A DNA stretch of 63,917 bases, the filler included, from Octopus bimaculoides (lineage: Eukaryota), in assembly GCF_001194135.2 (NCBI RefSeq). It is 4 parts of 4 records of this genome, joined end to end, with 100 filler letters (N's around TTAATTAATTAA, not from the genome) between each part and the next. Parts side by side here need not be neighbours in the genome. Positions count along the whole stretch, not along the records: positions 29,228 to 59,914 come from NC_068982.1; 3 more parts are not named here. One strand, written 5' to 3'. This document shows, piece by piece, positions 38,590-49,964 of the stretch (position 1 is the first letter of the stretch; the number at the start of each line of letters is the position of its first letter). Position numbers and translations under genes: made by a program. Under the pieces are notes generated by a model, which saw nothing but the letters and a program-made list of their open reading frames with translations, searched no databases and was not told the origin of the DNA.

Positions 38590-38880
38590 ATCAGTCTATA
38601 AATCAACTAAACAGTGCAAGACTGTGGCATGATATGGCTTTCTTGAATGTTCTAAAATTTGACCTCTTGTCTCCTATAACAACTGTTTCGTCTTCGACTG
38701 AGTGTTGAAGGCAGATGACTGACTCACGTGCCTCTAGTCTTGCCAGGCAGATAGCCAACAGAAATGCTGACACCACAGATTGCTTCAGAGATTTGCACAG
38801 ATGACTTTGTGCATTTTTGGACTGATCACATGATGTCACACAGATAGCTTTCTATATTTTCAAAGCAGATTTCCTCTCCT
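38590..38880 (-). pseudogene. Possible decayed tandem B-box remnants (TRIM type)
   Basis: Frameshifted readings CFENIESYLCD...QKCTK, ICLQHSVE..ET and LEH..PY resemble B-box1 and B-box2 of TIF1 proteins. Confidence 0.35.
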
Positions 38881-38996
38881 CTCATTCAATAATTATTAAT
38901 ATTATTCATTGTAATTCGCCAACACCAAATATATTTATGCCTGGCAATAAATATTACAGTTAAATGTTTGTAAGTTTGCTTCAGTTTTTCACACAG

Positions 38997-39032
<36 letters not shown>

Positions 39033-39464
39033 CGTGATCATCATCATCCCCTACCACCATCGCAGCCACCACTGTTATCATCATCTTCATTACTATCAAC
39101 ATCATCATCATCATCATCTTTATCCCCACCACCACCACCATCACAACTACCACTACCATCAATACAACCAACAAAATATGTCTTTATTGACCAGCTCAAC
39201 TCAAGCAAAGCGAACCCCTCGCGACAGTATTATTTCTAACAGATCAGACAACCACGTATATGTTCTGTCATTGGCTGCCTGAATGAAAGAATAAAAGAAT
39301 GATCTCAAGTGGAACATCTTTAATCATATGTAACCTTGATCAGGTTTGACATGAAGCTAATTAATAACAAAAATGAAAGCAGACTTGCTAGAAATAACAG
39401 CCAAATCTCCTTCAAATCACGACCGCTTGTCTTTAAAGGGGACTGACACATTGCGTTATGCAGT

Positions 39465-39775
39465 CATCATCATCATCATCATCGTTTAACGTCCGCTTTC
39501 CATGCTAGCATGGGTTGGACGATTTGACTGAGGACTGGTGAACCAGATGGCTACACCAGGCTCCAATCTGATCTAGCAGAGTTTCTACAGCTGGATGTCC
39601 TTCCTAACGCCAACCACTCCGAGAGTGTAGTAGGTGCTTTTACGTGCCACCAGCACGAAGGCCAGTCAGGTGGTACTGGCAACAGCCACGCTCAAAATGG
39701 TGTATTTTATGTGCCACCTGCACAGGAGCCAGTCCAGCGGCACTGGCAACGATCTTGCTTGAATGTCTTTACAAG
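39465..39775 (-). mobile_element. Retroposon family E
   Basis: (CAT)n tail, then the reverse complement of the 32551 copy. Confidence 0.85.
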
Positions 39776-39779
39776 TGTC

Positions 39780-39991
39780 AGGAAGGCGACGCTGGGCACA
39801 GGTGCTGTTCACTGATGGAAAGAAATTTGACATCAAACAAACAGCAAACCACCAGAATGACCAACTATGGAGTGTATCAAAATTCCCAGTCAGTTATGGT
39901 TTTGGTGGCTGTGACAGCCACTGGAAGGTCACCCCTCGTTTTTGTGCCCTCAGGTGTTAAAATTAACACCCAGCGATACATTAACGACATT
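39780..39991 (+). mobile_element. maT/DD37D-type transposase fragment
   Basis: VLFTDGKKFDIKQTANHQND and SVMVLVAVTATGRSPLVFVPSGVKINTQRY. Confidence 0.7.
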
Positions 39992-42410
39992 GGGCTGAAA
40001 AACACAGCACAATCCTTCCAATATCTGATGGATACTGTGTACAGAGGTCTCGATTTTGTTTTTGCATATTTAGATGATATCTTTATTGCAAGCCCAAACG
40101 CAGAGCTACATAAGAAGCATCTAGTGACTCTTCTTGATAGACTGGAACAGGATGGTTTAGTAATCAACCCTGCCAAGTGCATTTTTGGTGCGACAGAAAT
40201 CAAATTTTTGGGACATTGAATCACAAGTGCTGGTGCTACACCCCTGCCAGAAAAAGTATAAGCTATCCTATCTTTTCCATGCCTCCACCACAAGCAAGAT
40301 TCTACATCAATTTGTGGGCATGGTAAACTTTTACCATCGCTTCATCCCTTCTGCATCAAAAGTGATGAGACCCCTATACAAGGCACTGTCAAAAGATGGT
40401 TCAAAAAGACAGGTGGAGTGGGATAGTACAATGACTTGAGCCTTCGAATCCACAAAACAAGCCCTGGCTCAAGCAACCATGCTGTTCCATCCTCATATGT
40501 CAGCTTGGACTGCACTCACAGTTGACACATCCGTCGCAGCCATTGGGGGTACTTTGGAACAACACATCAACAGTCAGTGGTAACTGCTTGTCTTCTTCAG
40601 CCAACAACTATGACCCCCTGAACAGAAATACAGTGCTTTCGACAGGGAACTACTGGCTGTCCATCTAGGTGTCTGCCACTTTCCCTATTTCCTTGAAGGC
40701 CGCACGTTTACAGTATTCACGGATCACAAACCACTCACCTTTGCTATGAGCAAGCTCTCGGAGCCTTGGTCTGCACGCCAGCAATGACAGCTATCGGCAA
40801 TTTCTGAGTACACCACAGACATCCAACACATAGCTGGCAAGGGCAACCCAGTTGTCGACACACTCTCTTGTGCTCCTACCCGCTCTCCCACCTACCTAGC
40901 ACCAATAAGGAAGGCTTGGATTACGAAGCTATGGCTGCAATCCAACAGACAGATGACGAGATCAGGGCCTACTGCACTGCCATCACATCACTTTCTTTGC
41001 AGGATGTACACTTTGGCTCAAACGGCACAACCCCACTGTGTGATGTATCCACTGGGAAGCCATGGCCAATCGTCCCATCAGCCTGGCACAAGAAAGTTTC
41101 CAACATCATTCATGGACTTTCCCACCCAGTACTAAAGCCACACAGCAGCTGTTGTCAAGCAAATTTATATGGCACAGTATGGCCAAGCAAATCGGGGACT
41201 GGACCAGGTCCTGCATCCCCTGTTAACAAGCCAAGGTCCATCAACACACCAAAGCACTCCTCAACAACTATGAACCACCTCAGGCCCGATTCAGCCATGT
41301 CAACATTGACCTTGTCNNNNNNNNNNNNNNNNNNNNNNNNNNNNNNNNNNNNNNNNNNNNNNNNNNNNNNNNNNNNNNNNNNNNNNNNNNNNNNNNNNNN
41401 NNNNNNNNNNNNNNNNNNNNNNNNNNNNNNNNNNNNNNNNNNNNNNNNNNNNNNNNNNNNNNNNNNNNNNNNNNNNNNNNGGCTCATATCTACTGACCTT
41501 GGTAGACTACTACACCTGTTGGCCTGAAGCTACCCCTCTCTGCAGCATAGAAATACAAAAAGTCAGCCAAACCTTCGTTGCAAACTGGGTCACCCGTTTT
41601 GGTGTCCCAAACATCATCTCATACGATCGGGGTCCACAATTCACCTCAAAACTGTGGAATGACATGATTGACCTTTTTGGAATCACAATGAACTGCACAA
41701 CAGCCTACCACCCACAGGCCAACAGATTAGTTGAGAGATTTCACTGCCGCCTGAAGGAATCCCTGTTAACCAGACTTAATGGGCCAAATTGGATTGACCA
41801 ACTCCCATGGGTGATGCTGGAAATCCACACTGCTCCAAAAGAAAATCTCAACACTTCCTCTGCGGAAATGGTGTATGGTGCTCCCCTTACAGTGCCAGGA
41901 GAGTTCCTTCCAAATATGAAGTCAGACCCGGATTCAAAATGTACCTTGCTCAACTGAGAGACAGTGTGGGCCAGTTGCGCCCTGTTCCCATGTCAACACA
42001 TGGTACACCCAGATCATCTGTACGAAATGATCTCCGCTAGGCTAACTGTGTTTGTTCAACGTGACACACAACGAAGATCCCTCCAGTCACCCTACGATGG
42101 TCCATATCAAGTCATACATCCGAGAGATAAAACATTCCTAAAACTCCTAATTGGCGGACGACAAGACACAGTCTCCATCGATAGATTGAAACCAGCCCAT
42201 ATCGATACTGACAGCCCCGTTCAGGTGGCCCAACCTAGACGCATCACGCCAACCCTTGACAAGGGTCACCAAATACTCGAGTAACCACACGCATGGGCAG
42301 GACAATTAAAATGCCTTCCCGTTTCTAATGACAGTCAAAAGTTCTGGCGGTGGGGAGCTATGTAGGGCAGGATTCGTGACATACGAATTGTAGACAGAAA
42401 CTTTGCCTCA
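39992..42410 (+). mobile_element. Gypsy LTR retrotransposon pol remnant (RT-RNaseH-integrase), PPT and start of 3' LTR
   Basis: GLKNTAQSFQ..AYLDD..INPAKC; YSAFDRELLA..FTDHKPL; WPEATPL..YDRGPQFTS..AYHPQAN; PYDGPY; purine tract before TGT at 42361. Confidence 0.92.
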
Positions 42411-42479
42411 GGCTAGCTAGGAAGCTGGTCAGCAGCAAAAGAAAAGGGACTTCCGGTAGGGGAAGGAAAACAAAATAAT

Positions 42480-42800
42480 GTCAATAGTGAGTGTAAAACG
42501 AATCTAACCTTTGATAAATGTATTCTTGTCTCCACTAGTTTGCTTGCATATAGCTTAACAAAGTTATACTCCTCTTGGATAAAAAAAATACCCTTTGTAT
42601 ATAGCCTTGTAAAATACTTTTTGTTCATGCAACAATTTGTGTTCATTTTTGCGAACATATTTTGATAGATTTTCAATATAGTAAGAAGTTCGTTTTACTA
42701 GCTCTGTTGTTAATTTATCAACTTCAGAAAAATTGGTTTGAGGAAAACCATATTCCTGAAATTCATTCCCTTTCATAGAAATAACTTTATCTTCAAATGC
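42480..42800 (-). mobile_element. Helitron RepHel fragment (region entering the PIF1 helicase)
   Basis: EYGFPQ...ELVKRTSYYIENLSKYVRKNEHKLLHEQKVFYKAI..GIFF resembles the Helitron pre-Walker A region. Confidence 0.6.
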
Positions 42801-42823
42801 AATTGATCCTATATTGTAGATTT

Positions 42824-42993
42824 GGCGATCTTACGTTACCAGTTCCAAAGCTGTCACTGTAAAAGGGTTTTAGGGTTAGGGTTAGGGAATTCCGTCCCTA
42901 ACCCTAAAACCCTTTTACGGAAAAGGCTGATGTGATGTAAATAAACACACGTGGTCTAATTGACAGCTTTGGAACTGGTAACGTAAGATCGCC
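42824..42993. mobile_element. Foldback element with 33-bp perfect TIR and inner TTAGGG palindrome
   Basis: 42824-42856 is the reverse complement of 42961-42993; 42859-42881 is the reverse complement of 42896-42918. Confidence 0.85.
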
Positions 42994-43029
42994 GTTTCTG
43001 TAGATACTAGATCCACTAAATCAGTTTTG

Positions 43030-43290
43030 CAATTAGATCATGTCTATTGTTGAAGAACTACCCTGTACAAAGCTCTGCTTGGTTTTCACCCCATTTAGGA
43101 TTGCAAGTGAAAGTGAAAAAAAGATTAGGATGTCCACAATTAGGTATATAAGTCATAACACCTTGTGTCCACTCATGCATGTATCTTGGGCTTCCTGTAA
43201 AACTGGAAGAAAATACAGTTTTCCAAGCTCTGACCCTGCAATATCGTTATTGACACCATCTCGTAAATGCATGTATGGTAAAAGTTGTCT
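43030..43290 (-). mobile_element. Helitron Rep domain fragment
   Basis: MHLRDGVNND..GKL..LP / FTGSPRYMHE.TQ..MTYI..CGHPNLFFTFTCNPKW.E...RHDLIAK. Confidence 0.88.
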
Positions 43291-43656
43291 GTCAAATAGC
43301 TTTATGTGAGAGAGGGGGAAGCAGGAGGAAAGAGTGAGAAGAACGACAAAGGGAGAAGGGGAAGTACAGTGAGAGAATAAAATGCAAATAGAAAGATAGA
43401 GAGAGAGAGGTGGGAGAGAAAAAGAAAGTTCTTTTATAGGGTACATGTGTGTGTGTGTGTGTGTGTATTTTTTCCGTCTTACCCAATGTGTCCTCTCGTT
43501 TATTAAATGTTAGCGTGTGACATTGAGGGAGGTTTGGCTGTTATTTCCAGCAGGACGGGCAACTACTCAGATTCTCAGAGAGAGAGAGAGAGAGAGAGAG
43601 GGGAAAGGAGAGAGAGAGTGGAGGTGTGTTGACGATCTGAACGACAACTTGTGTAA

Positions 43657-44130
43657 ACTTACCAATTCCCTACCACTGAATATCGATTTCTTACACCTAT
43701 ACCCTTCTTTCTAATCCTTAAATGATCCCTGACCTATCATTTGGGTTTTATACGTTTTGCGCGCTTGCTTGCGTGTGTGCGTGTGTGTGAGAGAGAGAGA
43801 GTGTATGTTATACTATGTATGTATGTGTCTGAGTGTGAAAGTTTTTCTGTGATGGACAGAAGAAACGCTGCATGTGAACAACTGTTGTAAAATTACCAAC
43901 CTCCTCTCTCCTTTAAAGACGTATTCTTCACACTCACCTCTCTTTTTCCTCCTCAGCGTTTAAAAGTTAAATATGCGTATACGTATTGGTGTGTGTGTGT
44001 GTGTGTGTGTGTGTGTGGATGTGTGCGTGTTTGTGTGTATTAAGGTATCTATGTATTTACGTATGTACGTACGTATGTATGTAGCGTCTGTCATAATATA
44101 TTTTCCTCTTTCACCAAGCCCCGCCCACTG
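43657..44130 (-). promoter_or_regulatory. Candidate leftward promoter/first exons
   Basis: Minus-strand donors gag|GTGAGT (43932-43937) and ttg|GTAAGT (43657-43662), GC box ccccgccc at 44119-44126, CpG-retaining context. Confidence 0.3.
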
Positions 44131-44628
44131 CTTGGAAATTTCCAAATTTAGATTCCGTAACTTAACTTCTACCTTACTCTTCTCATTCAAGTTCAATGCT
44201 ACTCAGTCCACACCTCAGCGATTTCGTATGCCACAGCCAAAATAGCCGTCTAGTTTTTAAGTTACAGGGGTAGGGATAGAGTAGAACACACACACACACA
44301 CACATATCGAGCTATTAGGCAAAAGTGTCGTAAGTCCCAAAACGTTGCTTTTTCAGAAAAAGAAAAAATAGTTTCACCATTCCATAGCAAAACCGTTGTA
44401 CTACGCTTTGACAATTTTTTATATCTTGGCATCTGAAGCAGCTGGAGATACGATAGTTTGACCAAAAGAACGGGCTATTGCAAGCAAAAATAGATATTGA
44501 AAGAAACGCATAGATAAATTTGGACATACGACAGTTTAGTGTAAGTTTTAGGGAAAAGAACCAAGGTTCATAATTTTTAATAAATTGATTTTAATTGAGT
44601 TTTTACCTGTAATTTTGGATTTTATCCC

Positions 44629-44659
<31 letters not shown>

Positions 44660-45565
44660 TATANNNNNNNNNNNNNNNNNNNNNNNNNNNNNNNNNNNNN
44701 NNNNNNNNNNNNNNNNNNNNNNNNNNNNNNNNNNNNNNNNNNNNNNNNNNNNNNNNNNNNNNNNNNNNNNNNNNNNNNNNNNNNNNNNNNNNNNNNNNNN
44801 NNNNNNNNNNNNNNNNNNNNNNNNNNNNNNNNNNNNNNNNNNNNNNNNNNNNNNNNNNNNNNNNNNNNNNNNNNNNNNNNNNNNNNNNNNNNNNNNNNNN
44901 NNNNNNNNNNNNNNNTATAACCCCAGGACTGGTGTAATTGAGTAAACCTATAAGTAAAAGATAGTCCAGTCCCGTCTCGTCAATATAAGGGCACAACTGC
45001 AGATTGATGCCTCACCGTGTCTGTTTCTGTACAAGTTTCTGAGGAACACATGTTTAATGAAATTTTACAAATTTGATTTAAACATTTGCATTCCCCAGAA
45101 AGTTACATTTCCGAGGGTGAAGATTACGATTATATTGATAACACTATTACTTTTTTTTTTTTTTTAGGAGTTTCGGGTCCTTCCCGACTCTCTTTCCTAA
45201 TAAATCTATTTAGAATGCGTATTTCTAATCATCTTGCTGAAATTCATTTTCGTGAGTGTAGATTATGCACTGAAAGCTGCTAAAACTACGGAAATTGCTG
45301 ATATCAAAATTGATGGGAAGTAAAGAATTAGAACCTCCTCAGTTATTAAATATTTTTCTAAATTTCAACATATTCGCAATGTACCCTCAATAACGAATAT
45401 GTAAAAAAATTCCTTTGAAAAATAACCATTTTAAAGGTTGTTATGACGAAACAAAGCCGGTGTCTGGAAAATATCTTTAAAAAACAGAAATTTCTCTTTT
45501 AGAGAAAGTTATAAGGAAGCAAAGACAGAGTGGGGCGCTAATCTGTCGTGCTTACTCAAGTTTCC

Positions 45566-45722
45566 GACACTACTAAATACAGAGGACCCAATGCATCTAC
45601 GTAACGATATGTTTTTACAGTGCATACTCGTTAGGGTTAGTTTTAGGGTTTGTTAGGGTTAAGTTTAGTTTTTAGGGTTACGGTTACGTAGATGCGTCGG
45701 GACCTCTGTATTTAAGTAGTAC
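45566..45722. mobile_element. MITE with about 37-bp TIR, 9-bp TSD (Mutator-like) and degenerate TTAGGG core
   Basis: TSD caagtttcc at 45557-45565 and 45723-45731; imperfect IR 45569-45605 / 45683-45720. Confidence 0.75.
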
Positions 45723-46482
45723 CAAGTTTCCTTTGTATATTTTGAAGATAGTGGATTATAAGTTGAGAGAGATTAGAAGGGTCGTGGGGATAGAGCCCTA
45801 TGGAGGATGTGTCTGAAAACTACCCACACGACCCTCCCAGGAAGAGCGAGCGGAAGAATAGATCTAGCTGCTGTTTCTAGCTAGTTGAGCGACCACGCAG
45901 AGGTTATGCTTGTGGTAAGAGAATTGGCAGTGGAAACGTCTTAAAATAAAAGAAAAAAAAAAAAANNNNNNNNNNAAAAAAAAAAAAAAAAAAAATTCAA
46001 GTGAATATAAGGGAGGTAATAAGGTGAGAGCGTCTCAGTTGGAACTCTCCGCAATTAAAGGGGGGGATTTTAAACCGAAGTAAAAGCGTCCTTGGCAACA
46101 TACACTCTTTCAGATTTGATATTTTCGATTGATTTGAAGCAAATATTTTTCATTTAAAGAAAAAATTATACGAAGATACCATATATTTTGAGAAAAATCT
46201 TTAATTGGATAAATGTTTCTAGATATAAAGTGTGTAAGTAAAGAAAAAACAAATACACATTAATCGGTGCTTTGACGTGTTATTTTGTGGTTGTCGTGGA
46301 AACGCAGTGACAGTTGGCAAGAAGTAAAAATATATATTTTATATTCAGGTTAGTGATATGAAAAATATATAACTAGCCTGCTAAAAGGCAAAATAAAATC
46401 AGAATTCGTTTATATTTAATGTTTTCTTATGAATTTGAATTTTTTCTAACACTTAGTTTTATCGTTCGTTTGAAATTATACA

Positions 46483-46522
<40 letters not shown>

Positions 46523-48263
46523 ATATATATATATATGTGTGTGTGGCCATATTGATTCTCCATTCCTGACAGCAGTTTCAAGCAAATATTTTATTAATTT
46601 GTATTAAAGGATAAATTGGAACAAAATTAAGCTTGTTTTAATAGATATTGCACTTGTTTATGTTTACAAGAGAGATTTTAAACTAACTGAATTTTATATT
46701 CTAATCTTTAATGGTAAGGCATGAGGATAATTAACTGCTTGTTGTTTATAATATGTAGTTTATGAAAATGTTTGTTATTCCAGGTTGCTATTGTTTATAT
46801 TATTTTGTTATTGTTGATATAACGTGCTTATATATACTTGATATGTAAACAAGAACTGGCCGTTGGTATCTTTCTTTAGTGAAAGGCTCTCTATTGTTTA
46901 TGTGCCTTTGCGTGGAATTTATTTTAACATTTGCAGTTATGCGACGAATTAGAAAAGACAAACCAGCTAATAACATGCAAAAAAAAAAAGTAAGTGGGAC
47001 ATATTATCAAAGATGAAGGAATGCAAAAAAAAAAAAAATTACACAGAATACGCCTTAGGAAAGCAAGAATTAACATTGAAGAAGTGAAAGCAAAGAAGTA
47101 TCTTTGGAAATGAAGAGGGTGATAAAGAAAGAGGAGAAAGTTTGGGGGCGTTAGAATGGCTTGCACTCAAATAATGTGCTTATTGGTGATAGTGACGCGA
47201 GCAATAATACAATAACGGAATCTAGGTTTGGTCTTAGCGTTAGGATTAGGCCGAGAATAGAAATAAATTGGCGAAGGTAGAGAACACGCATACTGAGCAT
47301 TTAAGATTAGGGTTACACTGAAGCTGGTAGTGTGCGTATTCTTTACCTCCACCAATAAATGAGCAACTTTTTTATATAGGAGTGCACTTGTAACTATATG
47401 TTTCTTAAGTTCAAGTTTAGAAAGATGAAATGGCCAATGGGACACGCTTTTCAATTTAATTTAAGAGTCGTGAATTCACTTCTGCCTCAAACTTTTCTTT
47501 CTAACTCCTGAAGACATACACACTGTACATGCCTTGACTCACTGAGGAGAATTTGTATATACTAACGCCGTGTGGACGCAGAAATACTGAACACACCGTC
47601 TTTTATATACAGACATAGATGATCTAGAACTGCATTTTCTGATGTATCTTTGATTTTATTTTACGACCGTGATGTGTACTTTGCGGGTGAGTTGGCTGTT
47701 ATAACAGAAACAGAAGTTATACTTTGAAATCTGCTGTATTTGAATGACATATAAGACGCGCTATTTTCAAAAAGAAAACAAAAACTATTTTCAAAAATTA
47801 CTCCGGATGCGTAGTTTTTCGTTGACATTTGTTTTAATTCTAGGATAGTTCGACCTCCCATAAGGTAATTTTGTTCTTGTACTCACTTTTTCCTGAATAA
47901 ATCAGGTTACATCTTATATNNNNNNNNNNNNNNNNNNNNNNNNNNNNNNNNNNNNNNNNNNNNNNNNNNNNNNNNNNNNNNNNNNNNNNNNNNNNNNNNN
48001 NNNNNNNNNNNNNNNNNNNNNNNNNNNNNNNNNNNNNNNNNNNNNNNNNNNNNNNNNNNNNNNNNNNNNNNNNNNNNNNNNNNNNNNNNNNNNNNNNNNN
48101 NNNNNNNNNNNNNNNNNNNNNNNNNNNNNNNNNNNNNNNNNNNNNNNNNNNNNNNNNNNNNNNNNNNNNNNNNNNNNNNNNNNNNNNNNNNNNNNNNNNN
48201 NNNNNNNNNNNNNNNNNNNNNNNNNNNNNNNNNNNNNNNNNNNNNNNNNNNAAAAAAAATAAT

Positions 48264-48510
48264 AAAATCGGCATTTTGAAATTACCTACCGCTACTTTCT
48301 TATTTATTTATTTATTTTTTTAAATATGCAGAAAAATACGGAGATTTTTGTAGTTAGGGTAGGGTTAGGTTTAGGGTTTTAGGGTTAGAGTTACTGTTAG
48401 GGTTAGGGAAAAAAGTGGAAAATGAAGAAATTGGGGGGAGGGGTGACGAAATTTCAAAATGACGATTTTTGGCAATTTTCCGGAATCTCCGTGTCCGAAA
48501 ACACGGGTTT
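48264..48510 (+). mobile_element. Helentron-associated (HINE-like) element with TTAGGG tract
   Basis: Subterminal IR 48265-48283 / 48450-48468 (18 of 19 match), TTAGGG-like repeats at about 48354-48408, 3' hairpin ccgtgt-ccgaaa-acacgg, then a T run. Confidence 0.5.
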
Positions 48511-48559
48511 TTGACAAAAAAAAAAAAAAAGAAAAAATTGCGAGAAAATGTGGGGGATT

Positions 48560-48715
48560 ACTGTATTGTCTATGTTGATGGAAAATATCAATTATTTCGA
48601 ATATTCTATGGATTTGTAGATTGGCCTGAGACAGAGTGCAAGTTGTTCCTGCGTTTGTTTAATAGCGAGGTGAATTAATGAAAATTGCTTACCAAAAACG
48701 TTATCCTAGGTGAGT
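48560..48715 (+). promoter_or_regulatory. Candidate first exon of a rightward gene
   Basis: Strong donor tag|GTGAGT at 48710-48715; CpG decay begins just downstream. Confidence 0.3.
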
Positions 48716-48849
48716 TTATTAAGTTATCAATGTTTAATATTTGAGGGAAATGAAATTTATAACAAAACCCCAAGGCTATAGTTGTTATTTAACATATTAC
48801 TAATTATTTGAGGTTGGTAGATTGACAGAAATAACGATTAATACGAAAA

Positions 48850-49480
48850 GACGGCAAGCTGGCGGAATCGTTAGCACGCCAGACGAAATTCTTAGCAGCA
48901 TTTCTTCTGTCTTTTTGTTCTGAGTTCAAATTCTGCCAACGTCGACTTTACCTTTCTGAATTGAGGAAATAGGTACCTGTAGAGCTCTGGAGTTGATGCA
49001 GGGCCGGATTAAGACCCATTGAGGCCTTAAGCACTTAAAAGATTTTGGTGCTCCCATAAAAAATTATGTAATTCAAAATATAAACAATAACAAACCATAA
49101 AATAAATTTTCATTTTCCAAAATGAAACAAAACAGTAAGAGGGAAAATAATGTTTATTTTTGTATACTTCCACATTATTTATATTTGAAAAGTTTCCTCC
49201 TACTTTTTTGAATTGCAAAGTCTTTGATCAGATCCTCAAAATTAATCTTAGATAACACGTCTGCATCTATACTTAGTACAGATAAAGGCATCCTGAATAT
49301 TATTTTAGCCAGTTTAAAGTGATTTTTTTTTTGGCCGTAAACCATTTACCATTTCTGTGGTGCCCCCTCCTTCCCTTGATGCCCTAAGCACATACTTATT
49401 TTGCTTAATGGTCAATCCAGCATTGAGTCAATGTGTTCGACTGGCCCCTCCCTCAAAATTTCAGATCTCCTGCCTATAGA
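48850..49480 (+). mobile_element. SINE family B interrupted by a hAT-like MITE
   Basis: Head gcaagctggcggaatcgttagcacgcc; SINE sequence resumes after 49433. Confidence 0.75.
48999..49425. mobile_element. hAT-like MITE, 427 bp, 8-bp TSD
   Basis: Left TIR cagggccggattaag, decayed right TIR; TSD agttgatg (48991-48998) / agtcaatg (49426-49433). Confidence 0.7.
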
Positions 49481-49964
49481 AGAAAGGATAATTAACATAC
49501 TAGAACGTTACCTGTCATGAAGGGTAACTGTGTAAATATAACTATTATAATTCAACTTTTATTAAATTTTTTAGTGCTTATACAAAATGATGAAATGAAT
49601 GATAGTTTTCTAAAGAAAATTATTTATTACCTTAAAATTAAATAAAACAAATTTCTCATTATATAACTACTCTGTCATTTACTCCTTTCCTTCTCTGTAT
49701 TTATTATTCTCTCTCTCTCTCTCTCTCGTGTGTTTCCTGTACTCATTGCTTGTCACCAAGCTTTGTATATACACTCATCCTACACCTCTTGTGTCAACTC
49801 TTTGTATCTCTCTGTTTTACTCTCTCCACCCTCTCTTTATGATATAAAGTGCAACTGGAGAAACCAACCGACCTACAATTATATTACTAAGATATCATCA
49901 TTATTTAAGTTCCTTGTTCCATGTTGGCATGGGTTGGACAGTTTAACAGGATCTGATAGGTCTA

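Noticed and set aside
46937-46989. Apparent coding exon (cag|ttATG...AAA|gtaagt, MRRIRKDKPANNMQKKK)
   Set aside because: The downstream reading VGHIIKDEG resembles a decayed RTE C-terminus, so a repeat origin is equally likely; there is no independent support.
47575-47620. Helitron-like 5' end on minus (atctat..tatataaaag)
   Set aside because: No matching 3' hairpin/CTAG end could be located.
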